Shown: one piece after another, positions 17,758-25,127 of the stretch | Numbering within the stretch: the stretch's first letter is position 1 | Layout of the letters: each line of letters starts with the position of its first letter | Source: Pseudomonadota bacterium | GTDB taxonomy: Bacteria; Pseudomonadota; Gammaproteobacteria; Steroidobacterales; Steroidobacteraceae | Assembly: GCA_025355245.1 (NCBI GenBank) | Contig: JANXZZ010000043.1 | Location: 18,016 to 82,015, forward strand | Direction of reading: 5' to 3' | DNA: 64,000 nt | Notes under the pieces: model-generated | Seen by the model: only the letters and a program-made list of their open reading frames with translations | Told to the model about the DNA's origin: nothing | Databases searched by the model: none | Program-made: the position numbers and the translations under genes

Positions 17758-18422
17758 CCGGGCCCGTCCGCCGGGTCGAGGTGCGCGCGCTGTGCGAGAT
17801 CGTCGCTGCGCCAGACGTAGAGGGCGGCCAAGGCTGCGGCGCCCGTCCGCATGGCGTGGGGCTCGTGTCGCGCGTGATGAATGACGGTGCCGGGCTCGTG
17901 CCGCCGCCAGCGCGCGTCTCCCTGCAGCCATTCGGCCGTTCCCGACAGCGGCACGTAGATCTCTTCCGCTTCGTGGCGATGGCGTGGATAGAGCGTCTTC
18001 GGACCGAGCAACAGTATTCCGCATGCAATCCGGTCGCTGGTCGCGATACCGTCAAGTCCCACGATCTCGGTCCATCCGTAGGACTGCAGGAACTCAAAGC
18101 CTGTCTCGCCTTCCGAGTAGCTCTGCCGCCACGCCAGATGCGATTCCGCGCGGCGCAGGCTCGCCAGCAGGTCGGCGCAATCCCCGCCCGCGGCGCGCTC
18201 GAGTTCCGCCAGCCAGCGGACGACGGGCAGCGAGGCCGGGACGACTTGGCGCTGCGCAGGCGTGCGCGGCCACCCCGCGAGAAACGGTGCGAGTTCCGCG
18301 GCGTCGCGCGTGAGCAAAAAGTCGCGGCACGCCGAAATCAGGCCGATCACGGGCGAAGCGGCTCCCGGGGTTCGACTGCCGCCGTCATCTGACTTCTGCC
18401 TGCTCCCGACGTCGGCCGCCAT
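17754..18422 (-). CDS. Cupin protein of the DMSP-lyase (DddL-like) family
   Basis: ORF 17754..18422. HLAWRQSYSEGETGFEF...YGWTEIVG...LYPRHRHEAEEIYVPLSGTAEW...HEPHAMRTG...LYVWRSDDL follows the DddL-type cupin pattern (HxHxxxxE plus distal His), as recalled from the family. Confidence 0.7.
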   Translation of the reverse strand: MAADVGSRQKSDDGGSRTPGAASPVIGLISACRDFLLTRDAAELAPFLAGWPRTPAQRQVVPASLPVVRWLAELERAAGGDCADLLASLRRAESHLAWRQSYSEGETGFEFLQSYGWTEIVGLDGIATSDRIACGILLLGPKTLYPRHRHEAEEIYVPLSGTAEWLQGDARWRRHEPGTVIHHARHEPHAMRTGAAALAALYVWRSDDLAQRAHLDPADGPG

Positions 18423-18518
18423 CCTGCTGTACCCCGAGAAGAACCCGGCTCCGGGACCCAGAGCTGATGATAGGCGACCGGCACGGTGCGTCCAATCGAC
18501 CGCGCGCAGAACCGCGCC

Positions 18519-19022
18519 CTACGAAACGAGGGGCGTGAAGTAGGGATTGCCGACGCTCGCAAGCGCCAGGCGCAGGTCCGCGCGACTCGGCGCGACATCG
18601 CTCATCGCGCGCTGCGCGGCGAGAAGCGTCGCGTCTTGATTGTTAGCGTAGAGCAGCTCGAGGTCCTCCGCTGCCGGGTCGACCCAGACGAGGGCAACCG
18701 CCAGCCACTCGGCCTCGGCGCCTTCGGGAAAAACGTCCTCGAGCAAGGCGCGCGTGATTCCGGCAGCGACTCCGGCCTGCGCCGGTCCCCACGTCAGGCG
18801 CTCGTGATGCGCATCGCGCAAGACCGCCTTCGCGATAAAAAGCGTCGGCGGTTTCACCGGCACGTTGGGCTTGAGGACCACCTGGAAAGGAATGTGACCA
18901 GGGCGCGGGCTCGCCGCCGCGAGCACGAACGCACCCGCGAGGATCGCGTTCGGGGCAAGCAGCAGGCTGACGTGCGCGGAGTGCGCGCCGGTGCCCGCGA
19001 AGCCTTCACCGATCCGCAGCAT
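18519..19022 (-). CDS. Formaldehyde-activating enzyme (Fae) family protein
   Basis: Distal part of ORF 18519..19064, ATG at 19022. MLRIGEGFAGTGAHSAHVSLLLAP...VPVKPPTLFI...WGPAQAGVAAGI...VALVWVDP...NPYF parallels the Fae pattern [21 protein letters not shown]...PCKPNTLMF...FGPAQHGVA...HPF. Confidence 0.8.
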   Translation of the reverse strand: MLRIGEGFAGTGAHSAHVSLLLAPNAILAGAFVLAAASPRPGHIPFQVVLKPNVPVKPPTLFIAKAVLRDAHHERLTWGPAQAGVAAGITRALLEDVFPEGAEAEWLAVALVWVDPAAEDLELLYANNQDATLLAAQRAMSDVAPSRADLRLALASVGNPYFTPLVS

Positions 19023-19103
19023 CGAGTCTCCCGTTGAGCACGAGCGTAGCCGCGCACGCGGCACCGCACCCCGCCATCGTCGCGCGAGGGGCCGTCCAGC
19101 ACG

Positions 19104-19454
19104 TTAGCCGATCTTGGGCTCGAGGTGTCGTTCGAGATCGCGCAGTCGATCGTCCCAGCGCTGCGACATCATGTCGAGGTAGCGGCGCGCGACGTCGAGG
19201 CGCCGCGGCTCCACCGTCCAGCGGCTCTCGCGCCCGGCGGCGGCGCGGCGTACGAATCCCGCCGATGCGAGAACGCGCAGGTGCTTCGACACCGCCTGAC
19301 GGCTGAGGCCGAGGCCAGCGGTCAGGCGGGTGATCGACTGGGTCTCGTCCGCGGCGAGGCGCGCGACCAATTCGAGGCGCGTGGGGTCACCGAGCGCCGC
19401 GAACAGTGACGCCGACCGTTCGAGGTCAGCACGGCGGCTGGCCGCTCTGCTCAC
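19104..19454 (-). CDS. ArsR/SmtB family transcriptional regulator
   Basis: Distal part of ORF 19104..19502. The GTG at 19454 overlaps the upstream TGA (GTGA). LFAALGDPTRLELVARLAADETQSITRLTAGLGLSRQAVSKHLRVLASAGFV is a canonical ArsR HTH. Confidence 0.85.
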   Translation of the reverse strand: MSRAASRRADLERSASLFAALGDPTRLELVARLAADETQSITRLTAGLGLSRQAVSKHLRVLASAGFVRRAAAGRESRWTVEPRRLDVARRYLDMMSQRWDDRLRDLERHLEPKIG

Positions 19455-19912
19455 GGATGCCGGCGCAGGTAATCGCCGATCGCCGTTACCTGGTGCGCCC
19501 ACCCCGAGTCGTTGCCCTTGAGCGCCTCGGCGCGGCGCGTGAGCGGGATGCCCTCGAAGCCGGATTCAGCGACGGTGAGCGTGGTCCCGCCCGCCGATTC
19601 CTCCAGCGTGAACTCGACCAGCGTCCGTGGTTCCCGTGAGTAGTCGTGGGTCGGATCGACCGCGTGCGGGTGCCACCGGTAGGAAAAGTAACGCTCCGGT
19701 TCCATCTTCTCGACCAGTAAGCCGATCACGAGGTGTTCGTAGCCGGGGTGAGTGATGCGCCCCTTGATCTCGACTCCCGGCACGAAGGGTTGTTCAAAGC
19801 TCACTTTGAACCACGCGCCGAACTCCTGCGATTCCGTCAGCGCCCGCCACACGCGCGCGCGCGGTGCGCGCAAATGCACGCGCTTCTCAATTCGGTCCTT
19901 CGGTCCATCCAT
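19451..19912 (-). CDS. SRPBCC (AHSA1/Aha1-like) domain protein
   Basis: Distal part of ORF 19451..19993, ATG at 19912. RIEKRVHLRAPRARVWRALTESQEFGAWF...TLVEFTLEE..GGTTLTVAESGF is typical of the SRPBCC partner of ArsR regulators. Confidence 0.85.
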   Translation of the reverse strand: MDGPKDRIEKRVHLRAPRARVWRALTESQEFGAWFKVSFEQPFVPGVEIKGRITHPGYEHLVIGLLVEKMEPERYFSYRWHPHAVDPTHDYSREPRTLVEFTLEESAGGTTLTVAESGFEGIPLTRRAEALKGNDSGWAHQVTAIGDYLRRHP

Positions 19913-19943
19913 CGCCTTCCGCCATCGTGAATACGCCACCAAT

Positions 19944-19992
19944 GGGTTGCATGTTGAACCGGGCTGCGCAGACATGCAACCTGAATGTTGCA
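19944..19992. promoter_or_regulatory. Candidate operator: 10-bp perfect inverted repeat plus a third half-site
   Basis: GGTTGCATGT (19944-19953) and ACATGCAACC (19971-19980), separated by 17 nt. GTTGCAT recurs at 19986-19992. The site lies just upstream of the SRPBCC-ArsR start. Confidence 0.45.
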
Positions 19993-20029
19993 TATAGGCG
20001 TGAACCCCGGGCGCCCTGCCCGGCGCCGG

Positions 20030-21094
20030 TTAGCGACGCGCTTTCAGTTCAAGTTCGAGATTGGCGCACTCGCACCGCACGACCGTGCCGCCGTGTGCCG
20101 CGGAGCTAACCGTGAGCCGCGCGCGGATCGCGCGCGCGCGATCGCGCATCGTTTGCAGCCCGATACCGCCGCGGTGCGCCGGATCCGGCGGAAGACCGCG
20201 GCCGTCGTCGCTGACCTCGATGAGCACGCGTTCGGCGGCGACCACGAGCTTCACCCGCACCTTGCGCGCCGACGCATGCGACAGCGCGTTCGCCAGCGCC
20301 TCCTGAGCAATCCGAAAGAGCTGATTGCGGGTCTCAAGGGAGATTGCGAGAGGCGCCGAGTTGTCCTCGGTGTAGGTGATCCCGAGCGTACTGTTCTGCC
20401 GCACGAGGTCGGCGGTCAGCCCGCGCAGCGCGTCGGAGAGGCCGCTTTGCGCCTCGGCGACCGGGGCGAGGCCGCGCGCGATGTTCTTGCAGCTGGCGAT
20501 CGTCCGTGAGGCGATCGCCGAAAGCTCCTCGAGCTCCGTCGCAAGCTTCGGGTCCTTGGCGGCATGCGCGCGCGCAAGGCTGGCTGCAAGCATCGCGACT
20601 CCGGTCAGCTCCTGGCCGAGACCGTCGTGGAGTTCGCGCCCAAGGCGTCGTTGTTCACGGAGCGTCGCGTCCCGCAGCGCATCCTCCAGCCGCCGTCGCT
20701 CGGTAATGTTGATCCCGATGCTCCACTCGAGCCACCCCGGAATCTTCAGCCGTGCGCCGACATTGAACCACTCGATCGTCCGCAGCGAGCCGTCCTTCGC
20801 GGTCAACTCCCAGACGCAGCTGTACTCCACCGTCCGGCGTCGATCGGCCTCGGCCTGCATCACTTCGCGGTACTTCGTGTCGGGGTACAGGGTCTCCATC
20901 GCCTTCGGATTGCCGATCATCTCCGCCGCGGTATAGCCGGTGGCGCGCTCGCACTCGCTGTTCCAGGCAACGATCAGCCCGCGATCGTCGTAGGCGTCCA
21001 TGAGAACGGGCATTCCCTGCACGATTGTCCGCAGCCGGCGTTCACTCGCCAGCAGCGCAGCGTGCTCACGCGCGTGCTCCGAGGTGTCACTCAT
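20030..21094 (-). CDS. Cytoplasmic PAS-domain sensor histidine kinase (HisKA_3 / HATPase_c)
   Basis: ORF 20030..21094, no TM segments. PAS block ERRLRTIVQGMPVLMDAYDDRGLIVAWNSECERATGY. H-box RELHDGLGQELTG. ATPase block VSDDGRGLP...GGIGLQTMRDRA. Confidence 0.85.
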   Translation of the reverse strand: MSDTSEHAREHAALLASERRLRTIVQGMPVLMDAYDDRGLIVAWNSECERATGYTAAEMIGNPKAMETLYPDTKYREVMQAEADRRRTVEYSCVWELTAKDGSLRTIEWFNVGARLKIPGWLEWSIGINITERRRLEDALRDATLREQRRLGRELHDGLGQELTGVAMLAASLARAHAAKDPKLATELEELSAIASRTIASCKNIARGLAPVAEAQSGLSDALRGLTADLVRQNSTLGITYTEDNSAPLAISLETRNQLFRIAQEALANALSHASARKVRVKLVVAAERVLIEVSDDGRGLPPDPAHRGGIGLQTMRDRARAIRARLTVSSAAHGGTVVRCECANLELELKARR

Positions 21095-21118
21095 CTGTCT
21101 TTCCGCTGATCATTGTTC

Positions 21119-22048
21119 TCAGGTGAGACCTAGGCCGCGCTTGTCCTCGTACCCCAGGGATTCGGCAAAGACCTTGAGGGCGGCCGACAGCATCTTCTGC
21201 CGGTGGTGGACGAGCGCAAAGCGTCTGCTCAGACGGGGTAGCGTCGTCGTGAGCACAACGAGCCGCTTCGCGTCGACATAGTCCTGCACGACCCACCGCG
21301 ACAGGCAACTGAGGCCGAGCCCCAACGCTACGCTGTTTTTGATCGCCTCGGAACTGCCGAGAGTCATGTCGGCGCGCAGGTGATTGAGATGCGGGAGCAG
21401 GGCCTGCTCCGCCGCCTCGCGAGTGCCTGATCCCGGCTCGCGCAGCAGCCAACGAGCCTCGCGCAGGTGTTTGAGGGAGAGCCGGCCGCGAGCCGCCGCG
21501 CGGATCAGCGGATGCCCCGGTGCTGCGACGATGACGAGCTCATCGTCGAGCCAGGGAACCACGGTCAGTTCGGGCGCGTGACAGGGGCCCTCGATGAGGC
21601 CGAGATCGGCCTCGAAGCTGCCAACGGCGGTCGCAACCTCGAGCGTGTTGCCGATGCGCACGTGCAGCCGGGCGTTGGGAACGGCTGCGCGGAATCGCGC
21701 GAGCATTGCCGGAAGCACGTAGTTGCCGATCGTCGTGCTGGCAGCGAGGCGTAGATCGACCTGCAGCCCGCTGTGTTGACCGAGGAAGCCTTCCTCGACG
21801 GTCTTCGCGCCATCGAGCAGCGCGCGCGCGGACGGCAACAGCACGCGGCCGCTGTCGTTCAGCAGCAACCGCCGGCCGACGCGGTCGAAAAGACGTACGC
21901 CGAGCACGCGCTCGAGCTCGTTGATCGCCGCACTGGTGGCGGACTGCGACAGGGAGACCGCCGCTGCCGCCGCGGTCGTCGTACCCGTCTGGGCGACCGC
22001 TCCGAAGATCTGCAGTTGGCGAAGCGTGAGGCGCATCGCGCGGCTCAT
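21119..22048 (-). CDS. LysR family transcriptional regulator (YeiE-like, divergent from a YeiH-family gene)
   Basis: ORF 21119..22048 (alternative ATG at 22036). MRLTLRQLQIFGAVAQTGTTTAAAAAVSLSQSATSAAINELERVLGVRLFDR. Confidence 0.9.
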   Translation of the reverse strand: MSRAMRLTLRQLQIFGAVAQTGTTTAAAAAVSLSQSATSAAINELERVLGVRLFDRVGRRLLLNDSGRVLLPSARALLDGAKTVEEGFLGQHSGLQVDLRLAASTTIGNYVLPAMLARFRAAVPNARLHVRIGNTLEVATAVGSFEADLGLIEGPCHAPELTVVPWLDDELVIVAAPGHPLIRAAARGRLSLKHLREARWLLREPGSGTREAAEQALLPHLNHLRADMTLGSSEAIKNSVALGLGLSCLSRWVVQDYVDAKRLVVLTTTLPRLSRRFALVHHRQKMLSAALKVFAESLGYEDKRGLGLT

Positions 22049-22065
22049 CTAGCTAATAGATAGGT

Positions 22066-22085
22066 AGATTATACAGACATAATCT
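22066..22085. promoter_or_regulatory. LysR-type T-N11-A dyad in an AT-rich divergent promoter region
   Basis: AGATTAT-ACAGAC-ATAATCT (22066-22072 and 22079-22085) contains T(22070)-N11-A(22082). It lies in the locally AT-rich 22049-22166 spacer between the LysR and YeiH-family genes. Confidence 0.5.
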
Positions 22086-22166
22086 GGTTTACGGCTATAT
22101 CGGGCGACTCTACAGTCTGGCGGAGCGTTTGCGCGCCAAGCGGCGGTCACGGAGTCGAACACCAAT

Positions 22167-23228
22167 ATGAGCCATTCTCCGGCCGACACTCGACTACCAG
22201 GACTCGGTCTCGCGGTCGCGATTGCGGTCGCGGCGTTCGTGCTCGGCAAGGTGGGCTGGTTCCTCGCAAACGGGATCAGCGTCCTGACGCTCTCGATAGT
22301 GCTCGGCATGATCGTCGGCAACACGCTCTACCCGCGCATCGCTGCCTCGAGCGCCGCCGGCGTGACATTCTCGAAGCAGTACCTGCTGCGCGCCGGAATC
22401 ATCCTCTACGGGTTCCGTCTCACGTTCCAGGACATCGGCCGCATCGGTGTGGCCGGCGTGCTGATTGACGCGATCGTGCTGTCGAGCACCTTCGTGCTTG
22501 CGGTTGTCATCGGCACGCGGGTCTTCGGGCTCGACAGGAAAACCGCCATGCTGATTGGCGCCGGCAGCTCGATCTGCGGTGCCGCCGCGGTCATGGCCGC
22601 CGAGCCCGTGGTCCGCGGCCGGGCCGAGCAGGTCACCGTCGCCGTTGCGACCGTCGTCGTGTTCGGGACGCTGGCGATATTCCTGTATCCCGCGCTCTTC
22701 CACCTTAATGCCCGCATCATGCTGCTGCCGGTGTCGGCGACCGCCTATGGCCTCTACGCTGGATCGACGATCCACGAGGTCGCACAAGTCGTCGCGGCCG
22801 GGAACGCGATCAGCGACGCCGCGGCGAACACCGCCGTCATCGTGAAAATGACGCGCGTCATGATGCTGGCGCCGTTTCTAATCGTGCTGGCGGCCTATCT
22901 CGCGCGGCGTTCGGACGTCGACGGCGCGACGTCGTCGAGCGGCGGGCAGAAGAGCCGGCCGGCGCCGGTGCCGTGGTTCGCGGTCATCTTCGTGGCGGTC
23001 GCCGGTTTCAACTCCTTGGCGTTGCTGCCTGCGGGAGTCGTCGCAGGGATCATCGACGCGGACACGATGCTGCTGGCGACGGCGATGGCCGCGCTCGGTC
23101 TCAGCACGCACTTGTCGGCCATTCGGATGGCGGGCGTGAAGCCGCTGGCGCTCGCGGCGACCCTGTTCATCTGGCTGGTCGTTGGCGGCGCCGCGATCAA
23201 CGTGGGCGTTGCGGCGCTGCTCCGCTAA
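22167..23228 (+). CDS. YeiH/UPF0324 family putative sulfate-exporter-type membrane protein
   Basis: ORF 22167..23228. Polytopic, with blocks [32 protein letters not shown] and [16 protein letters not shown] typical of the YeiH family. The divergent LysR neighbour mirrors the E. coli yeiE-yeiH arrangement. Confidence 0.85.
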   Translation: MSHSPADTRLPGLGLAVAIAVAAFVLGKVGWFLANGISVLTLSIVLGMIVGNTLYPRIAASSAAGVTFSKQYLLRAGIILYGFRLTFQDIGRIGVAGVLIDAIVLSSTFVLAVVIGTRVFGLDRKTAMLIGAGSSICGAAAVMAAEPVVRGRAEQVTVAVATVVVFGTLAIFLYPALFHLNARIMLLPVSATAYGLYAGSTIHEVAQVVAAGNAISDAAANTAVIVKMTRVMMLAPFLIVLAAYLARRSDVDGATSSSGGQKSRPAPVPWFAVIFVAVAGFNSLALLPAGVVAGIIDADTMLLATAMAALGLSTHLSAIRMAGVKPLALAATLFIWLVVGGAAINVGVAALLR

Positions 23229-23281
23229 GCGCTGCCGGTACTGGCTGAGGCGCCGGAGTCCGCGCGCAACCGAAGGCGACT

Positions 23282-23310
23282 CCGGGGCGGAGCGTGGCGC
23301 TCCGCCCCGG
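23282..23310. terminator. Strong GC hairpin between convergent genes (no U-tract)
   Basis: Perfect 13-bp stem CCGGGGCGGAGCG / CGCTCCGCCCCGG with loop TGG, between the YeiH-family stop (23228) and the S10 peptidase stop (23319). Confidence 0.5.
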
Positions 23311-23318
23311 GGACGCGA

Positions 23319-24983
23319 TCAGTTCGTCACGTTGCTGGTGCGGCGGATGAACGCCGCCACGTTGTCGTGAAGACTCTTTAGCGAGGAGTCCTTCGCGTAC
23401 ACCATGTGGCCGGAGTCGTAGAACTTGTAGTCGATGTTCGCCTGCAGATTGGCCGGGATCGGCAGGTGATGCATCTCGTACACACCCTGGTAGAACGGCG
23501 TCGCCAGGTCGAAGTAGCCGGCGTGCAACTGCACCTTGAGACCGGGGTTGGTCTTCATCGCATTGGCGAGATCCGGCATAACGTTTGAACCCTGTCGTCC
23601 GGTTCCCGCGGCCGTCGAGCCAGGCTGCTGGTGCGTGAAATTCCAGGTCCTGAACGTCGGGATGCTCGGCTTAAAGGCCTTGCCGTCGCCGTAATGCAGG
23701 TCCTTGCGCGCGTACTCATTGAATGCCGACACGTAGGCAGAACTGATCGCTGTCGATTGAGGGTCATAGTCGGCACGCTGGCTTAGCGGGTCGAGGAGTG
23801 GACCGGAAAAGCGGGTATCGAGGCGCCCGGTCGCCGCACCCGTGTCACCCTGCAGCGTCTGGCGGAATTCACCGCCATCGATGCGCAAGTCCGCCTTGAG
23901 GATGTAATCGACCGAAAGGCCCGTGTACTGGTGCAGCTTGTCGGCCACTGCATTTCGCTTCGCGGCGCTGAGCTCCGATCCCGCGGAGAGTGCGAGCGCG
24001 TAGTCGCCCATCGCAAACTGCTCGACGTCCGCGAGAAACGCCTCGAGGTCCGGGTGCTCGCCCGGAAGCTTGTGGTGATACCACGCGGTCGCTGCGTAGG
24101 TCGGAAGCACCGTTTCGTAGGGCACGTCAATCCCGGGATTGCCGGTCGGCCGGTCCGGACTCAGATCGAAATTCAGGATCTGCGAAAGGAGTATCACGCC
24201 GTTGAAGTCGATCAGGCGCTCGGACTGTAGCTCGTTGACGAGAACGGCGGCGCGCGGCGTGCCGTAGCTCTCACCGAAGATGTACTTGGGTGAATTCCAG
24301 CGGCCGTATTTCGTCAGGAACTGCGAGACGAACTCGGTGAATGCGTAGGCGTCCTGGTCGACGCCAAAGAACGCCTTCTCTTTGTCCTTGCCGGCGATTC
24401 GGCTGAAGCCCGCTCCCGGCGCGTCGATGAACACAAGATCGCTCGCATCGAGCAGACTTGAGCTGTTGTTGACGAGCGCGTAGGGAGCCGCCGGCGTGTG
24501 CGCATCGGTCGCGGTGACCACCCGCTTCGGGCCGAACGCGCCCATGTGCAGCCAAAGCGTCGAGGAGCCCGGACCGCCGTTGAAGATAAACGTCACCGGT
24601 CGTGGGCCGCCGCCGGACTTGAAGTAGGCAACGTAGAACATCGAGGCTTCCGCGGTCGGGTTCTTCGCATCCGCGCCATCGCCCGGCGCCGCCGCGGCGT
24701 CCTTGTCGGACTTGGGCTCCTTCGCGGCGTCGTCCCAGTCGCGCGGATGGACGATCAGCGTCCCGGCGACGGCCTGGTAGGCGACGACCTGGCCGCCGAT
24801 ATTCACGGTGCCGGTGCTGGTGCGCGACTCGGCCTTGAAGGGCTGGAATCGGCCATCACCGTCAGCGTCGGGCGTCTTTTCCGTCGAAACGGATGATGCC
24901 GCGGTCGCCGCGCGTGTCGCGCCACCGGCCACAAGAGCAGCGATCGCGAGAAACGCTGCGACAGTCAACTTAAGCATGCTCAT
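23319..24983 (-). CDS. Serine carboxypeptidase, family S10, exported
   Basis: ORF 23319..24983. Signal peptide MSMLKLTVAAFLAIAALVAGGATRA. Motifs FIFNGGPGSSTLWLHMGAFGP and nucleophile FGESYG. Confidence 0.85.
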   Translation of the reverse strand: MSMLKLTVAAFLAIAALVAGGATRAATAASSVSTEKTPDADGDGRFQPFKAESRTSTGTVNIGGQVVAYQAVAGTLIVHPRDWDDAAKEPKSDKDAAAAPGDGADAKNPTAEASMFYVAYFKSGGGPRPVTFIFNGGPGSSTLWLHMGAFGPKRVVTATDAHTPAAPYALVNNSSSLLDASDLVFIDAPGAGFSRIAGKDKEKAFFGVDQDAYAFTEFVSQFLTKYGRWNSPKYIFGESYGTPRAAVLVNELQSERLIDFNGVILLSQILNFDLSPDRPTGNPGIDVPYETVLPTYAATAWYHHKLPGEHPDLEAFLADVEQFAMGDYALALSAGSELSAAKRNAVADKLHQYTGLSVDYILKADLRIDGGEFRQTLQGDTGAATGRLDTRFSGPLLDPLSQRADYDPQSTAISSAYVSAFNEYARKDLHYGDGKAFKPSIPTFRTWNFTHQQPGSTAAGTGRQGSNVMPDLANAMKTNPGLKVQLHAGYFDLATPFYQGVYEMHHLPIPANLQANIDYKFYDSGHMVYAKDSSLKSLHDNVAAFIRRTSNVTN

Positions 24984-25127
24984 GCCCCCACCTTTCTATG
25001 GACCCATTCCAGCGCGCCTGCCACTCCGCTGTCGCGAGGCGAAACCGCGACCGGTACACAAGCCGTCAATCAGCACCCCGGGGCGCTCCGGCCGCGATGG
25101 CCTCCACCGCGGACGGCGACCAAGGCG

